Of a stretch of 64,000 bases of DNA, positions 46,581 to 57,824 are shown in pieces (the stretch's first letter is position 1; every line of letters begins with the position of its first letter). Below the pieces are notes generated by a model that saw only the letters and a program-made list of their open reading frames with translations, made no database searches and had not been told where the DNA came from. The DNA comes from Antedon mediterranea (Eukaryota > Animalia > Echinodermata): contig NC_092672.1 in the NCBI RefSeq assembly GCF_964355755.1, positions 4,836,001 to 4,900,000 on the forward strand. The letters are read 5' to 3'. The position numbers were made by a program, and so were the translations under genes.

Positions 46581-47712
46581 TATTAGAACAAAACATTTGG
46601 GGAAATAAATTTATAAGTTATAACAGCCTATCTCTACTGTATAGAAACTGGATAAGATCCGGTATTAGAAAAATAAAAGATATTGTTTTTGGTAATAGAT
46701 TCATTAATTCGAATATGTTACTTGAAATTCTAATTTCAAAATCAAATTGGATAGCAGAATTTCACACATTACTACAAGCCATTCCACAAGAATGGAAAGA
46801 CGTTATTAAGTCAAAAAATGAAAATACAATACAGGACAAAATTCAGTCTGCTACTAAATTATGTAAAATAACAAGTAAGCAAATGTATAACTGTTTTATT
46901 AGAACAAAAGGTATAGAACCAAAATGTCAAATAAAATGGCAGTTGTATTTTAATACTACAATTGATTGGAAATTAACCTGGGAGCGTAAAATATAATTAA
47001 TTAAGGAAAACAAGCTCAAACAAATTAACTTTAAGTTACTACATAGGATTATGCCAACTAGAAAGAGGTTATGTATATGGAAAATTGTAAACATAAACAA
47101 ATGTCCACAATGCGACTGTGTTGAAGATGATGCACATTTATTTTTTTAATGTGCAGAGGCAAATCATTTGTGGCTTTACATAAATGAGCATACAATAACT
47201 AAATTCAATATCGAGGCAAATTTCAAAAATATAATACTTGGCACTGGAAATACATAATTATGTAGATCATGTGTTTTTAATTGGTTTGCTAAGCATATAC
47301 AAAGCTAATGTATTAAAACAACTAAATAAATGGAAATATGCCTCACTTCATCATCTCTTTATAAATGAAAAAAATATAAGAATATACATATTATCAATGC
47401 TATAAACAACAATTATGTATGAAAATAATGAAACGTATTACTTACCTGAAAAATTGTATAAATAAAAAAATGAATGTTTTTTTGAAACAATATTCATAAG
47501 GTATAATATTATAAAGTTTACTTTAATGTATGTGCAATATTTATATACAGTACTATAAAAAGATTATTTGTGTGCTGTCTTATATTAACAACTTCTTCTA
47601 TGATATTATTTTATTATATTATATAATAATGAATTTTGTATATACATTATTGAATGAATAAAGATTGAATGAATAAAGATGGGAGAGACCCATAAAAGAT
47701 AAAAAAAAAAAA
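46581..47712 (+). mobile_element. duplicate of the L1/Tx1-like fragment at 17533-18669
   Basis: Identical 93-aa ORF-track peptide, same 5' truncation point and flanks (left TSD 46551-46580). Confidence 0.88.
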
Positions 47713-48634
47713 ATTACAATTACAGTAAAATACATCAAAACCATATCGTCTGGTTTGCAGCAAGTCTTCCGAGAAAATGTGTACATAAAATTAATTACAT
47801 TTGTAGAAGATAGAAGCTGAATGAGCCAAGAATACAAACAAAGATTAATAAAGTTATAAAAATGCATGTTGGACTTCTGTTCACAAAGTGTAGTTAACAT
47901 ATATTATACAGTAATATTATTATAAATCAAGATGGTATTGAATCAACTTGTTATTATCTATAGTAAAACCAATCTTTTCCTCTAATTTAATACCATCCAA
48001 TCATCAATGGCCTATTTTGACACGCAATCTGATTCCATGTAGTATCAAACAATTCATTTCCTTAATATTATAAACACACCAGAAAACAATAATATAGTAA
48101 ACATGAAATTTGTAATTTTTCTTCCTTATAAAATGTTATTACTTATAAAACATTTTATTTGTACGGCATTTTCAGCTTTGTGGTGCATGACTTAACGTTT
48201 TCAAAAGATTAAGACATTTTGTTGGTTCACTTAAAATGGAAAATCATTTTGCTTTGGCATAATTAAGGCAATAAAACTACAGAAAAACATATCAAATTGC
48301 AAAAATGATAGGTCAATGTTAAAATATTGTTAATAGACAGATGTTCGCCGAAGTTTGTCAACTGGTCTACACTAGTAACTTTGGCAAATTGTAATTACCA
48401 GAGTTTTCTCAAGTTTGCATATCATTAACTCCTGTCCTTAGCCTAATAATGGAACTTACTAGAATAGGCATGACAATTACCGAGCAGGCTACACATTATC
48501 CTAAAACATTAATTACAGAACAGCGTAAGATTATCAACTTTTAAGCATGAAAATAAATAAAGAAAAATCTTGACACAAAAATGTCCAGCAATATGACCAG
48601 CATCGGTTGTTCGCTTTGAAACTATAGTAGGAAA

Positions 48635-49537
48635 TTAGTTAAACATACGGCGCAGAACACATGAAAATTGCTGTAGACGCCAAACATATATAAACGGATT
48701 TACTGCAGAGCTCATATTGACTAGAAGTTCTACAATCAGATCATACCAATACCAGAAGTCTGACGGTTGGTATACCAAATATAGGACCGGTTTCAGTGTA
48801 CATGGGAAGTACACACTAATGAATGCTCCAATGATGATAGCACTCGTTTTAGCTGCTCTGTATCTTTTCCGAACAACCTTTCGTGTTTTTACTGGAATAC
48901 TGAATATGTTTTTCTCATGTTTCCTTGCTTCTAAAACAATTCTGAAATACATTACCATCAATATCATTGTACCAGTAGACATCATTACTAAAGCTATATA
49001 ACGTTGAACTTTAATAGCGCGTCCATTCATCCCATAGCAGAAGAAAATGCCCTCAATCTTCTTAATTCCTCCAAACAATGTTACCATGCCGTAAAAACAA
49101 CCTATAATCCATGAGATAGCAATAGAGAAGTATATTATACGGAGAGTTACAAGTTTATGATATTGTAGCGGTTTTATGATAGAAACGTAGCGATCCACGG
49201 TGATCAACAAAAGGTGGAACCAAGACACTGCAATAAAGATCTTTGTAGGAATGTACTGCAATTCACATTTAATGTCTGGGTAGTAATATCCATGTAATAT
49301 ACAAGCCCACATATACATTGGTATAGCGATCATTCCTATTAGTAGATCCACAAACGCTAAGCTTCCTAGTAAAACAAATTGAGGTTCGTCATAATTTCGA
49401 GTTTGTCGAAGTACAAACAAAACAAGACTATTCCCAACAATAATAACTAAATCCAATGGTATGTACACTGATAGAACAAATATTAAATTATCTCTCATTT
49501 CGTCAGTGATATTTGTGCTTGTAAAATATTTATCCAT
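48635..49537 (-). CDS. intronless class A GPCR (type G-like), 300 aa
   Basis: Complete 7TM ORF; ATG of MDKYF at 49537 by homology. Confidence 0.92.
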   Translation of the reverse strand: MDKYFTSTNITDEMRDNLIFVLSVYIPLDLVIIVGNSLVLFVLRQTRNYDEPQFVLLGSLAFVDLLIGMIAIPMYMWACILHGYYYPDIKCELQYIPTKIFIAVSWFHLLLITVDRYVSIIKPLQYHKLVTLRIIYFSIAISWIIGCFYGMVTLFGGIKKIEGIFFCYGMNGRAIKVQRYIALVMMSTGTMILMVMYFRIVLEARKHEKNIFSIPVKTRKVVRKRYRAAKTSAIIIGAFISVYFPCTLKPVLYLVYQPSDFWYWYDLIVELLVNMSSAVNPFIYVWRLQQFSCVLRRMFN

Positions 49538-50012
49538 TTTGTATAGAATGTAAAGTAATATTTTTGTTTCAAGATGGTATTGTTGAGAGAACAATCCCTT
49601 TCCTGAAATATCAATATCCAATCAGTAGAAGCCTATACCAACTGAATGGATTTTTTTTCTACAGATTTTACTAAGAATTTACAATTACAGTAAAATCAAT
49701 CAAGTCGTCTGATTTCCGGAAAGTCTTATAAGCTGAATGAGTACAAACAAAGATTAATAAAATTATCAAAATGCATGTTGGATTTCTGTCCACAAAGTGT
49801 GTAGTAACCATCTGTAGGAGTATGCCTGGTGAAATGGCGGTTTCGTTCTTGGTATCCATTTTACGGTATAACCAGTTAATTCGCAAAAAGCCTGTTTGAT
49901 TGACAACAGTGATTTAGCATAGGTTAACATATTGGATTGTTCTTTAATGTTATCGCCAATACAAGTCGTTCTCTCATTCATCCATGGTGGGGCCGGATAC
50001 AAACTTACATGC

Positions 50013-50997
50013 CTACTGACAAATATCGCTTACTGGATTTTTGGCTGTGGCAGACGTTTTGATAAAAAGACGACGCAGAGCACATGAAAATTGTTGTAAA
50101 CGACAAACATATATGAACGGATTCACCGCAGAGCTCATATTGACTAGAATATCTCCAATCAGAACATACCAATACACGTCTGACCTTTGGTATCCTAAGG
50201 AGTGTACCACTGGTCTCAGTGTTCGGGGAAATGAAAAGGATTGATGGAATTTTCTTCTGCTACCGAATGGATCTACGCGCTATTGAAGTTCAACGTTATA
50301 TAGCTTTAGTAATGATGCCCACTGGTCTCAGCGTATATGGCAAGTACACAATAAAATGCTCCGATGATGATAGCACTCGTTTTAGCTGCTCTGTATCTTT
50401 TACGAACAACCTTTCGTGTTCTTACTGGAATACTAAATATGCATTTCCCATGTTTCCTTGCTTCTAAAACAATTCTGAAATACATTATCAATAAGATTGT
50501 ACCAGTGGGCATCATTACTAAAGCTATATAACGTTGAACTTCAATAGCGCGTAGATCCATTCGGTAGCAGAAGAAAATTCCATCAATCCTTTTCATTTCC
50601 CCGAACAATTGTACCGCGTGCCGTAAAAACAACCTATAATCCATGAGAACTACAATGGAAAAGTAGATTCTACGGAGAGCAGAGATTGTGATAAACATTT
50701 TTGAAGGAATATACTGTAACTCACCGCACTCTGTAAATAGAGCGATCTGCGTGAGATACAACCCCACATATACATGGGTACTGCGATAATTCCTGTGAGT
50801 AGGTCCACAAACGCTAAGCTTCCTAGTAAAACAAACTGTGGTTCGTCATAACTTCGAGTTTGTCGTATTACAAAAAGAACAAGTGCGTTTCCAACAATTA
50901 TAACTAAACCCAATGGTATGTACACTGCTAGAACAAACATCAAATTATCTCTCATTTCGTCAGTCGTGACATTTCTGAGTGTAAGAAGTTCATCCAT
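50013..50997 (-). pseudogene. GPCR type F pseudogene with internal inverted duplication and multiple indels
   Basis: 50220-50326 is the reverse complement of 50501-50607; several 1-3 bp indels; a deletion at ~50680 removes the DRY region. Confidence 0.92.
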
Positions 50998-51243
50998 TGT
51001 TTATAGGATGTAAAGTATTGATTAAAAACGAAGATAGATAACATTGAATTGGCTTCCTATTGCACCGGGCCAACCCTTTCCTGTAGATAATTCATTAACA
51101 TTGATTGAATTTCAGTTTGGATAGCGAGACCAAAGAGAATGTAACAATTCATATACAGTACCGTACTGTACTGGCTTATTTGAAACTACTGACATTTCCT
51201 GTTACAGATACTAACCAATACCGTTCTCAATTTACGTTTATTA

Positions 51244-54200
51244 TAAGCGGAGGTCCAAGTGCCAAAATGATGCTTTGTTAACATGTCCCATTGCCATGTT
51301 TCTACACACTCAGCACACCAACTTTTTTTGTCAGCTAATACCCTTAGACACAATAATCACGAGGTGTGCCGTTGCAAATTTACTGCGGCCACCTTGAAAT
51401 CCAAGATGGCGGAAAAAGTGGCCACCATTTTATAGTGATGCACTTTATTGTTCATAACTTAATAAATATTTGATGTATTTTGTTGACATTAATGTTGATT
51501 AATAGCTAATTACATTATCTATTCAATAAAATATTTTTATTTCAACTTTGTTGAAATTAAATTACTTTTTATAAGCAAAAATGCAGAATTTTAGCAAAAA
51601 AAATCAGCAATATCTGTGATATACGATATTTATTATGTTAATTAGGGCAAGAAGCCATAATTATTTTTTTTTCAGATATGCAAAAAACTGACCCAATATA
51701 TACTAGAAATAATGTGTAAACTACATGTGCTTGTGAAAAGGCAAACTAATGTTTAGTAAAATTGTGGAGTTGAGGGCGCTATTTAAGTAAGATACTCATT
51801 AAATATTTGATATGATGAAAATAGATTTATTTTATAGATAATTTTAATTAAATCTTCTTCCTTAATAATTATTATTAATATATGATGCAGTCGTATTTTG
51901 AAAATAAGGAGATCATGCATGTTGATCTCGGGAGTGGGGGAGAGGATTGAGTGTTTTTGAGTTTATAAAATAAGTTGAAGTTCAACCTAATTTGTTTATT
52001 CGTACTGTTTTATTATTTTGCTATGAGTTGCTGACCGAAAAAGTTGGGGGGTGGGTTACTATTTTCAGGGAAATAAACCTGGTGTTCTGAAACATATTTT
52101 AATAACTTTTGCCGGCCTAGCGCCTTTGTATATCAATCTAAATCTATCTAAATAATTAAGTTAGTACAGTATTAACAAATAAAGGGTTAGGGTTATGTAT
52201 AATAAAATGATAGAAATGAGGCATTATTATCTAATAATGTTTTTATTGATGTTTTTTCCAGTTTTTTATAGTTTTAAAATTCAAGTACCGTTTTTATAGC
52301 GTTATGTATCCTGTAAATGCTAACCTAAAAACGTTATCCGAATGTTTCTTTTTACGTTATAGAAATGTAATAAAATAACGGTTATTAGTGAACCTAAACA
52401 TTAACCAAACACTAACGTTAGAAAACCACCATGTGTTTGCTGGACTGCCACAATGGAACAATAGACCTAGGTATGTTAAACAAAGAAATCACGTCAAAGC
52501 AGGATGGAGGCGGAATTTTAAGACAGCGGCGTTTTCTATACAAATGCAAATCATTCATGTATACTTTTTAAATTTTTTTTAGTTTCTTTATTAAAAGATT
52601 TCGATATGCTGTTATATATAAATATTCTAATATATAGAATAGCAAAAGTATACCGTCGTGAGGTTAATTTCCCGATTGATCGTAATCAAAACGGTACTGG
52701 GTATGGTCTACTATTTTTCTGCTCCCAACCAGTACATCCATTCATAGAAGCTTTGATGAAGTAAGCCTACCTGGTGGTAACCATAGAACGGTTCCGAGAT
52801 AACGACTATACTTCGGCTTTAGTCGACAGAAGATTGAAAAAATTGTTAGAGATAGAGTATACGATGTTTGATTATGTGTAGATGTGTGATTTGTTCTTTT
52901 ATTCAAATGATGTTATTTATTTAATAAACTTTTTTATACCAATTAATTAAATTATCGTAGATTGTATATTATGCGATAAATATTATTTAATAATTTTTTG
53001 ATATATTATTATTGTTATTATTATTATTATATTAATATATTTGTTAGTATAAATTAAAAAATATAGATATAAGGAAGAAAAGCAAAGAGATTATGGAGCG
53101 GCTGTACCAGAATATACAACACTAAGTATTGTAAAGTTATAATACTAACAAATTTAGGCGATCTTGTCAAAGGTCAAGCGCCTTCAGCCTGCCACGTTTC
53201 GATATTCAATATTGAACTTCGTTCAATTGCACATGAAAGTAGCCATCTTCGACCAGTGCTCAAAAGCAATGCCTTAAAATATGTGTCAAAGGTTAAAACT
53301 GGTACTTCCGGTCATTTTTTTCAAAAATACTTTATTAGAGTACAGTAGTTAGAAATGTTTATGTTTTGAACATTTTGAGCTAAAAATCAACTCTCTGTGC
53401 CCAGTAGTTTCAGAGATATTGAGTGTTTAAGTGAAAATGTCCGCCATTTTAAATTATGCAAATTAAGTGACCCACGGGGTCATTTTGCTTGATGCCCATC
53501 AAAAATTGAATTCGTATAGGATGGGCAACCTGTATACCAAATTGGGTGTTTTTGGAAAAAACTGAACCAAAATATCCCTAACAGACTCCACTATGCTAGT
53601 TATATTTAGTTGTTTATTGTGCTAATTTAAGGCCAACAAAAGATATGTTAGTGTGTCACCATGGAGGTATTTTTTACCTCCATGGTGTCACGTCCTATTA
53701 GAGAAGCATGACTTAAAAAAAAAAAATTCTTTTTAAAATTTATTTATTGTTCATTCAATTTTCTATCAAACTCATCACGATCGATTGATTTAAACAAATA
53801 ATGCATTTTTCATATGTATTTATTATCTAACATGACTTTTAAATAATTAGTAAGGAAGAAGGTTTAATTATCTATAAAATAAATCTATTTTCATCATAAT
53901 CGATTAAGTATTTAATGAGTTACATCCGAAAATAGAGTACCTGTATCTTACTTAAATAGCGCCCTCAACTTCACAATTTCACTGAACATTATTAAATCCC
54001 TAACAAGTACCCAAACGTAATCGTTAATAACTTATGTTTGCCTTTTCACAAGCACATTGGGTCAGTTTTTTTGCATATCTAAAAAAAAAATAATTATGGC
54101 TTCTTGTCTTAATTAACATAATAAATATCGTATATCACAGATTTTGCTGATTTTTTTGCTAAAATTCTGCATTTTTGCTTATAAAAAGTAATTTAATTTC

Positions 54201-54467
54201 AATAAAGTTGAAATAAAAAAAATGTTATTAAATAGATAATGTAATTAGCTATTAATCAACATTAATTTTAACAAAATACATCAAATATTTATTAAGTTAT
54301 GAACAATAAAGTGCATCACTATTTCAAAGTGGCCGCAGTAAATTTGCAACGGCACACCTCGTGATTATTGTGTCTAAGGGTATTAGCTAACAAAAAAAGT
54401 TGGTTTGCTGAGTGTGTAGAAACATGGCAATGGGAGCTCTCTAAACAAGCTATTGGACCTCCGCTTA
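51244..54467. mobile_element. 3.2-kb non-autonomous DNA transposon with ~650-bp terminal inverted repeats
   Basis: TAAGCGGAGGTCCAA...TTGGACCTCCGCTTA flanked by TTA (or TA); arms ~51244-51900 and ~53820-54467; empty paralogous site at ~58075-58120. Confidence 0.85.
53660..53684. mobile_element. 25-bp palindrome with 7-bp TSD (probable P-superfamily footprint)
   Basis: GTGTCAC | CATGGAGGTATTTTTTACCTCCATG | GTGTCAC. Confidence 0.55.
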
Positions 54468-54665
54468 TTATTATTATTATTATTTATTGCCAAAAACCAG
54501 TTACAAACAAACAAAAACACAGAAACTAAGGGAGTAGGCAGGAACCTAAAAGTGAACCTAATCACTATAACAAGAGTTCAGGTTCCGTACTCCCAAAGTA
54601 ACAACAATGATATATAATAAACTATATAAAAATATTTAAATAACAAATAGACGAATCAACATCAA
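54468..54665 (-). mobile_element. probable retroposon 3' end with (TAA)n tail
   Basis: (TTA)n followed by TTTATT (AATAAA on minus); absent from the paralogous site at ~58085-58095. Confidence 0.4.
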
Positions 54666-54744
54666 CGTAAAATCATGATTTTCTAATAGTATTTAAACAA
54701 ATAACTGTGAAAACACAATAGTTTTAAATAGCGGACTCAAAATG

Positions 54745-54890
54745 TTGAGTTTGTCGATTTACAAAAAGAACAAGTGCGTTTCCAGAAATACTAACTAAAC
54801 CCAATGATATGTACACTGATGATTTTTTTTTACAAAAATGAAATTATATCTAATTTCGTCAATCGTAATATTTCTGCTTGTAAAATCCAT
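54745..54890 (-). pseudogene. degenerate GPCR N-terminal/TM1 fragment
   Basis: GAGTTTGTCGATTTACAAAAAGAACAAGTGCGTTTCCAG...TTTCGTCAATCGTAATATTTCTGCTTGTAAAA matches paralog 5' coding sequence. Confidence 0.7.
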
Positions 54891-55499
54891 TGTATACAGA
54901 ATGTAAAGTATATCTATTTTTAAAGATGGTATTGAGAAAACAATCCCTTTCCTGAAATATATCAATATCCAATCAGTAGAGGTCTATACCAACTGTGCAA
55001 CGGTTTCAGAATCTGTACATGAATATTTTGTCCTTCATAGATTTTACTCGGAATTTAGAATAACAGTATACTACACAAAACCGAACTGGTTTCCGAGAAG
55101 TAATACATATTTGTTTAAATATTTATTGATCTCAAGCAGTTTGAAAATGTGGAGAAAATTTACTTTTGTTTACATTTGTAGAGGGTAGGATGAGTAAAAC
55201 CAAGATTAATCAAATGATCAAAATGCAGGATGGACTTCTTTTCACAAAGTGTAGTAACCATCTGGAGCAATCTGCATAATGATATGTTGTTTTGTTGCAC
55301 TGAAATGGCGGAACTCATTCAAATATCGATACAGTGGAGGTTTAAATGCACTGGTTTAAACTTTTGTCCAAGTCATATTCTTTTACAAACAAGGACATTT
55401 ATTATTGACAGGAAAAAATCCTAAATCAGTATTTAAATATGTCTATGTGTTGAATAAAAATATGATCAAGAGATACTCATGCCTCGATTTAATTTTATT

Positions 55500-55660
55500 T
55501 ATTTTTTTTTTAACATCAAAACAACATTTATTCAACATCAACAGATAGTTTACATAGTTTATGGTCAAGACACACAGAACTAAAAGTGGCTTGTCTTTGT
55601 AGTCCCTGAGCATAAAACATAAACAATAGACGTACGCATTAGAATAAAAAAAAAATGACC

Positions 55661-55691
<31 letters not shown>

Positions 55692-55838
55692 CTGTATATA
55701 CAAAGTGAGATCAAGCATAAGAAAAATATATCATAGAAATATAAAGCAAAGCAGGTAATGCAACATAGTTACAATTCCATGATGCAGTGTACCCCTCCAA
55801 TTTGGACCACCGTCGGGTTTCAGAGATCTCAAGTCTTT
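55500..55838 (-). mobile_element. possible retroposon 3' end (poly-T on + strand)
   Basis: TTTATT plus T run at ~55497-55511 followed by UTR-like sequence; family not identifiable. Confidence 0.3.
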
Positions 55839-55871
55839 AAGTCCATCCTGCATTTTGATCATTTGATTAAT

Positions 55872-56385
55872 TGGTAATTTGGATTTGGGAGGTAATTTAA
55901 GGGGTCTTTTTTTTGTCGTGGTCTAAAAATAATGTAGTTAGTCTTATCGAAATTTAAAATAAGGTTGTTTGTCATAAACCATGTATTAATTTTGTAAAGT
56001 TCAATATTTAATGCGTCTATAAGATTGTTTATATTATTATCACTCATGAAAACAGTGGTATCATCTGCAAAGGAAATCACGTTTATTTTATCACTTACTC
56101 TAATAATATCGTTGACATAGATAAGAAATAACAAGGGCCCAAGAATGGACCATTGCGGTACTCCACATTTAATATGTTGGAGTGATGATTTGGTTTGATT
56201 TATTTGTACAAATTGTTTTCGTTCTTGTAAATAGCTTTAAATCCATTTGTAACCAGTTCCTCAAATACCATAGTGATGCATCTTTTTAAGCAAAATATCA
56301 TGATTCATTACATCAAATGCCTTTGATAGGTCCATAAATATGCTAATTAAGTATTTCTTGTTCTCGAATGACGTGATTATTTGCC
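55872..56385 (-). mobile_element. degenerate LINE reverse transcriptase fragment (L2/CR1 group, Crack/Daphne-like)
   Basis: IFMDLSKAFDVMNHDILLKK..CGVPQWSILGPLLFLIYVNDI..SFADDTTVF..WFMTNNLILNFDKT with stop codons. Confidence 0.85.
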
Positions 56386-56460
56386 ATGCCAACATATAGG
56401 TGGCTGGTTATAACACATTATCTTAAATAGTGATAAAGTACAACATATAATTTTATCTTA

Positions 56461-56600
56461 AAGCTCTGTCTACACTATCAAACTAGTTTGACAAAAAGGT
56501 GTGATGTGACCAAATATGGTAGTGATATGACATCGTGTCCATATATATGGGCATATCACATGTTTTTGTCACATAAAGTTTGATAGTGTAGAAAGAGCTT
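56461..56600. mobile_element. MITE (AAGCTCTGTCTACACTATCAAAC ends, TA flanks)
   Basis: TA|AAGCTCTGTCTACACTATCAAAC...GTTTGATAGTGTAGAAAGAGCTT|TA; opposite orientation to the 5915 copy. Confidence 0.75.
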
Positions 56601-56867
56601 TAGAATAAAACCTTTTGTCAAATTTTCATAAAATAAAATACAATTGTTCATCAACATATTTTAATCCTCGAAAAATATGCGCTATACGATTTATACATGA
56701 GTAGGTTTCATTCTTGGTATCCATTTTACGGTATGACCAGTTAATTCGCAATTAACAACTGTGATTTAGCGTAGACTAACTAACAGATTGAATTTTAATG
56801 TTATCGCCAGCTGATACAAATCCTTCTCTGATTCATCCATGGCAGGGCCTTGTAAAATGTAAAATGT

Positions 56868-57824
56868 CTACTGACAAATATCGCTTACTTGAGTTTTAGC
56901 TGTGGCAGACGCTTTGTTAAAAAGACGACGCAGAGCACATGAAAATTGCCGAAGACGACAAACATATATAAACGGATTCACTGCAGAGCTCATATTGACT
57001 AGAATATCTCCAATCTGAACATACCAATACACGTCTGAGCGTTGATATCCAAAGAAGTATACGACCGGTCTCAGCGTATAAGGCAAGTACACAATAATGA
57101 ATGCTCCGATGATGATAGCACTTGTTTTAGCTGCTCTGTATCTTTTCCGAACAACCTTTCGTGTTCTTACAGGAATACTGACTATGTTTTTCTCATGTTT
57201 CCTTGCTTCTAAAACAATTCTGGAATACATTATCATCAATATAATTGTACCAGTAGGCATCATTACTAAAGCTATATAACGTTGAACTTCAATAGCGCGT
57301 CGATCCATTCGGTAGCAGAAGAAAATTCCATCAATCCTTTCCATTTCCCCGAACAATTGTATCATGCCGTAAAAACAACCTATAATCCATGACAAAACAA
57401 TGGAAAAGTAGATTCTACGGAGAGTTATAAGGTTATAATATTGTAGCGGTTTCATTATAGAAACGTAGCGATCCACGGTGATTAATAGAAGATGCCAGGC
57501 AGAGATTGTGATAAACATTGTTGAAGGAATATACTGTAATTCACACTCGTAAAAATTCTGTAAAAAGAGCGATCTGCGTGAGATACAAGCAAACATAAAC
57601 ATTGGTACGGCGATAATTCCTGTGAGTAGGTCCACAAACGCTAAGCTTCCCAGTAAAACAAACTGTGGTTCGTCATAACTTCGAGTTTGACGAAGTACAA
57701 AAAGAACAAGCACGTTTCCAACAATAACAACTACACCCAATGGTATGTACACTGATAGTACAAATATCAAATTATCTCTCATTTCTTCAGTCGTGACATT
57801 TCTGCTTGTAAAAACTTCATCCAT
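56868..57824 (-). CDS. intronless class A GPCR (type F, intact), 318 aa
   Basis: Complete 7TM ORF with NPFIYVCRL and helix 8. Confidence 0.93.
   Translation of the reverse strand: MDEVFTSRNVTTEEMRDNLIFVLSVYIPLGVVVIVGNVLVLFVLRQTRSYDEPQFVLLGSLAFVDLLTGIIAVPMFMFACISRRSLFLQNFYECELQYIPSTMFITISAWHLLLITVDRYVSIMKPLQYYNLITLRRIYFSIVLSWIIGCFYGMIQLFGEMERIDGIFFCYRMDRRAIEVQRYIALVMMPTGTIILMIMYSRIVLEARKHEKNIVSIPVRTRKVVRKRYRAAKTSAIIIGAFIIVYLPYTLRPVVYFFGYQRSDVYWYVQIGDILVNMSSAVNPFIYVCRLRQFSCALRRLFNKASATAKTQVSDICQ

Noticed and set aside
5004-57279. Many 60-145 aa plus-strand ORFs overlapping the GPCR genes (e.g. 13746, 16038, 31819, 34777)
   Set aside because: Antisense shadow ORFs of the receptor reading frame with inconsistent starts and ends.
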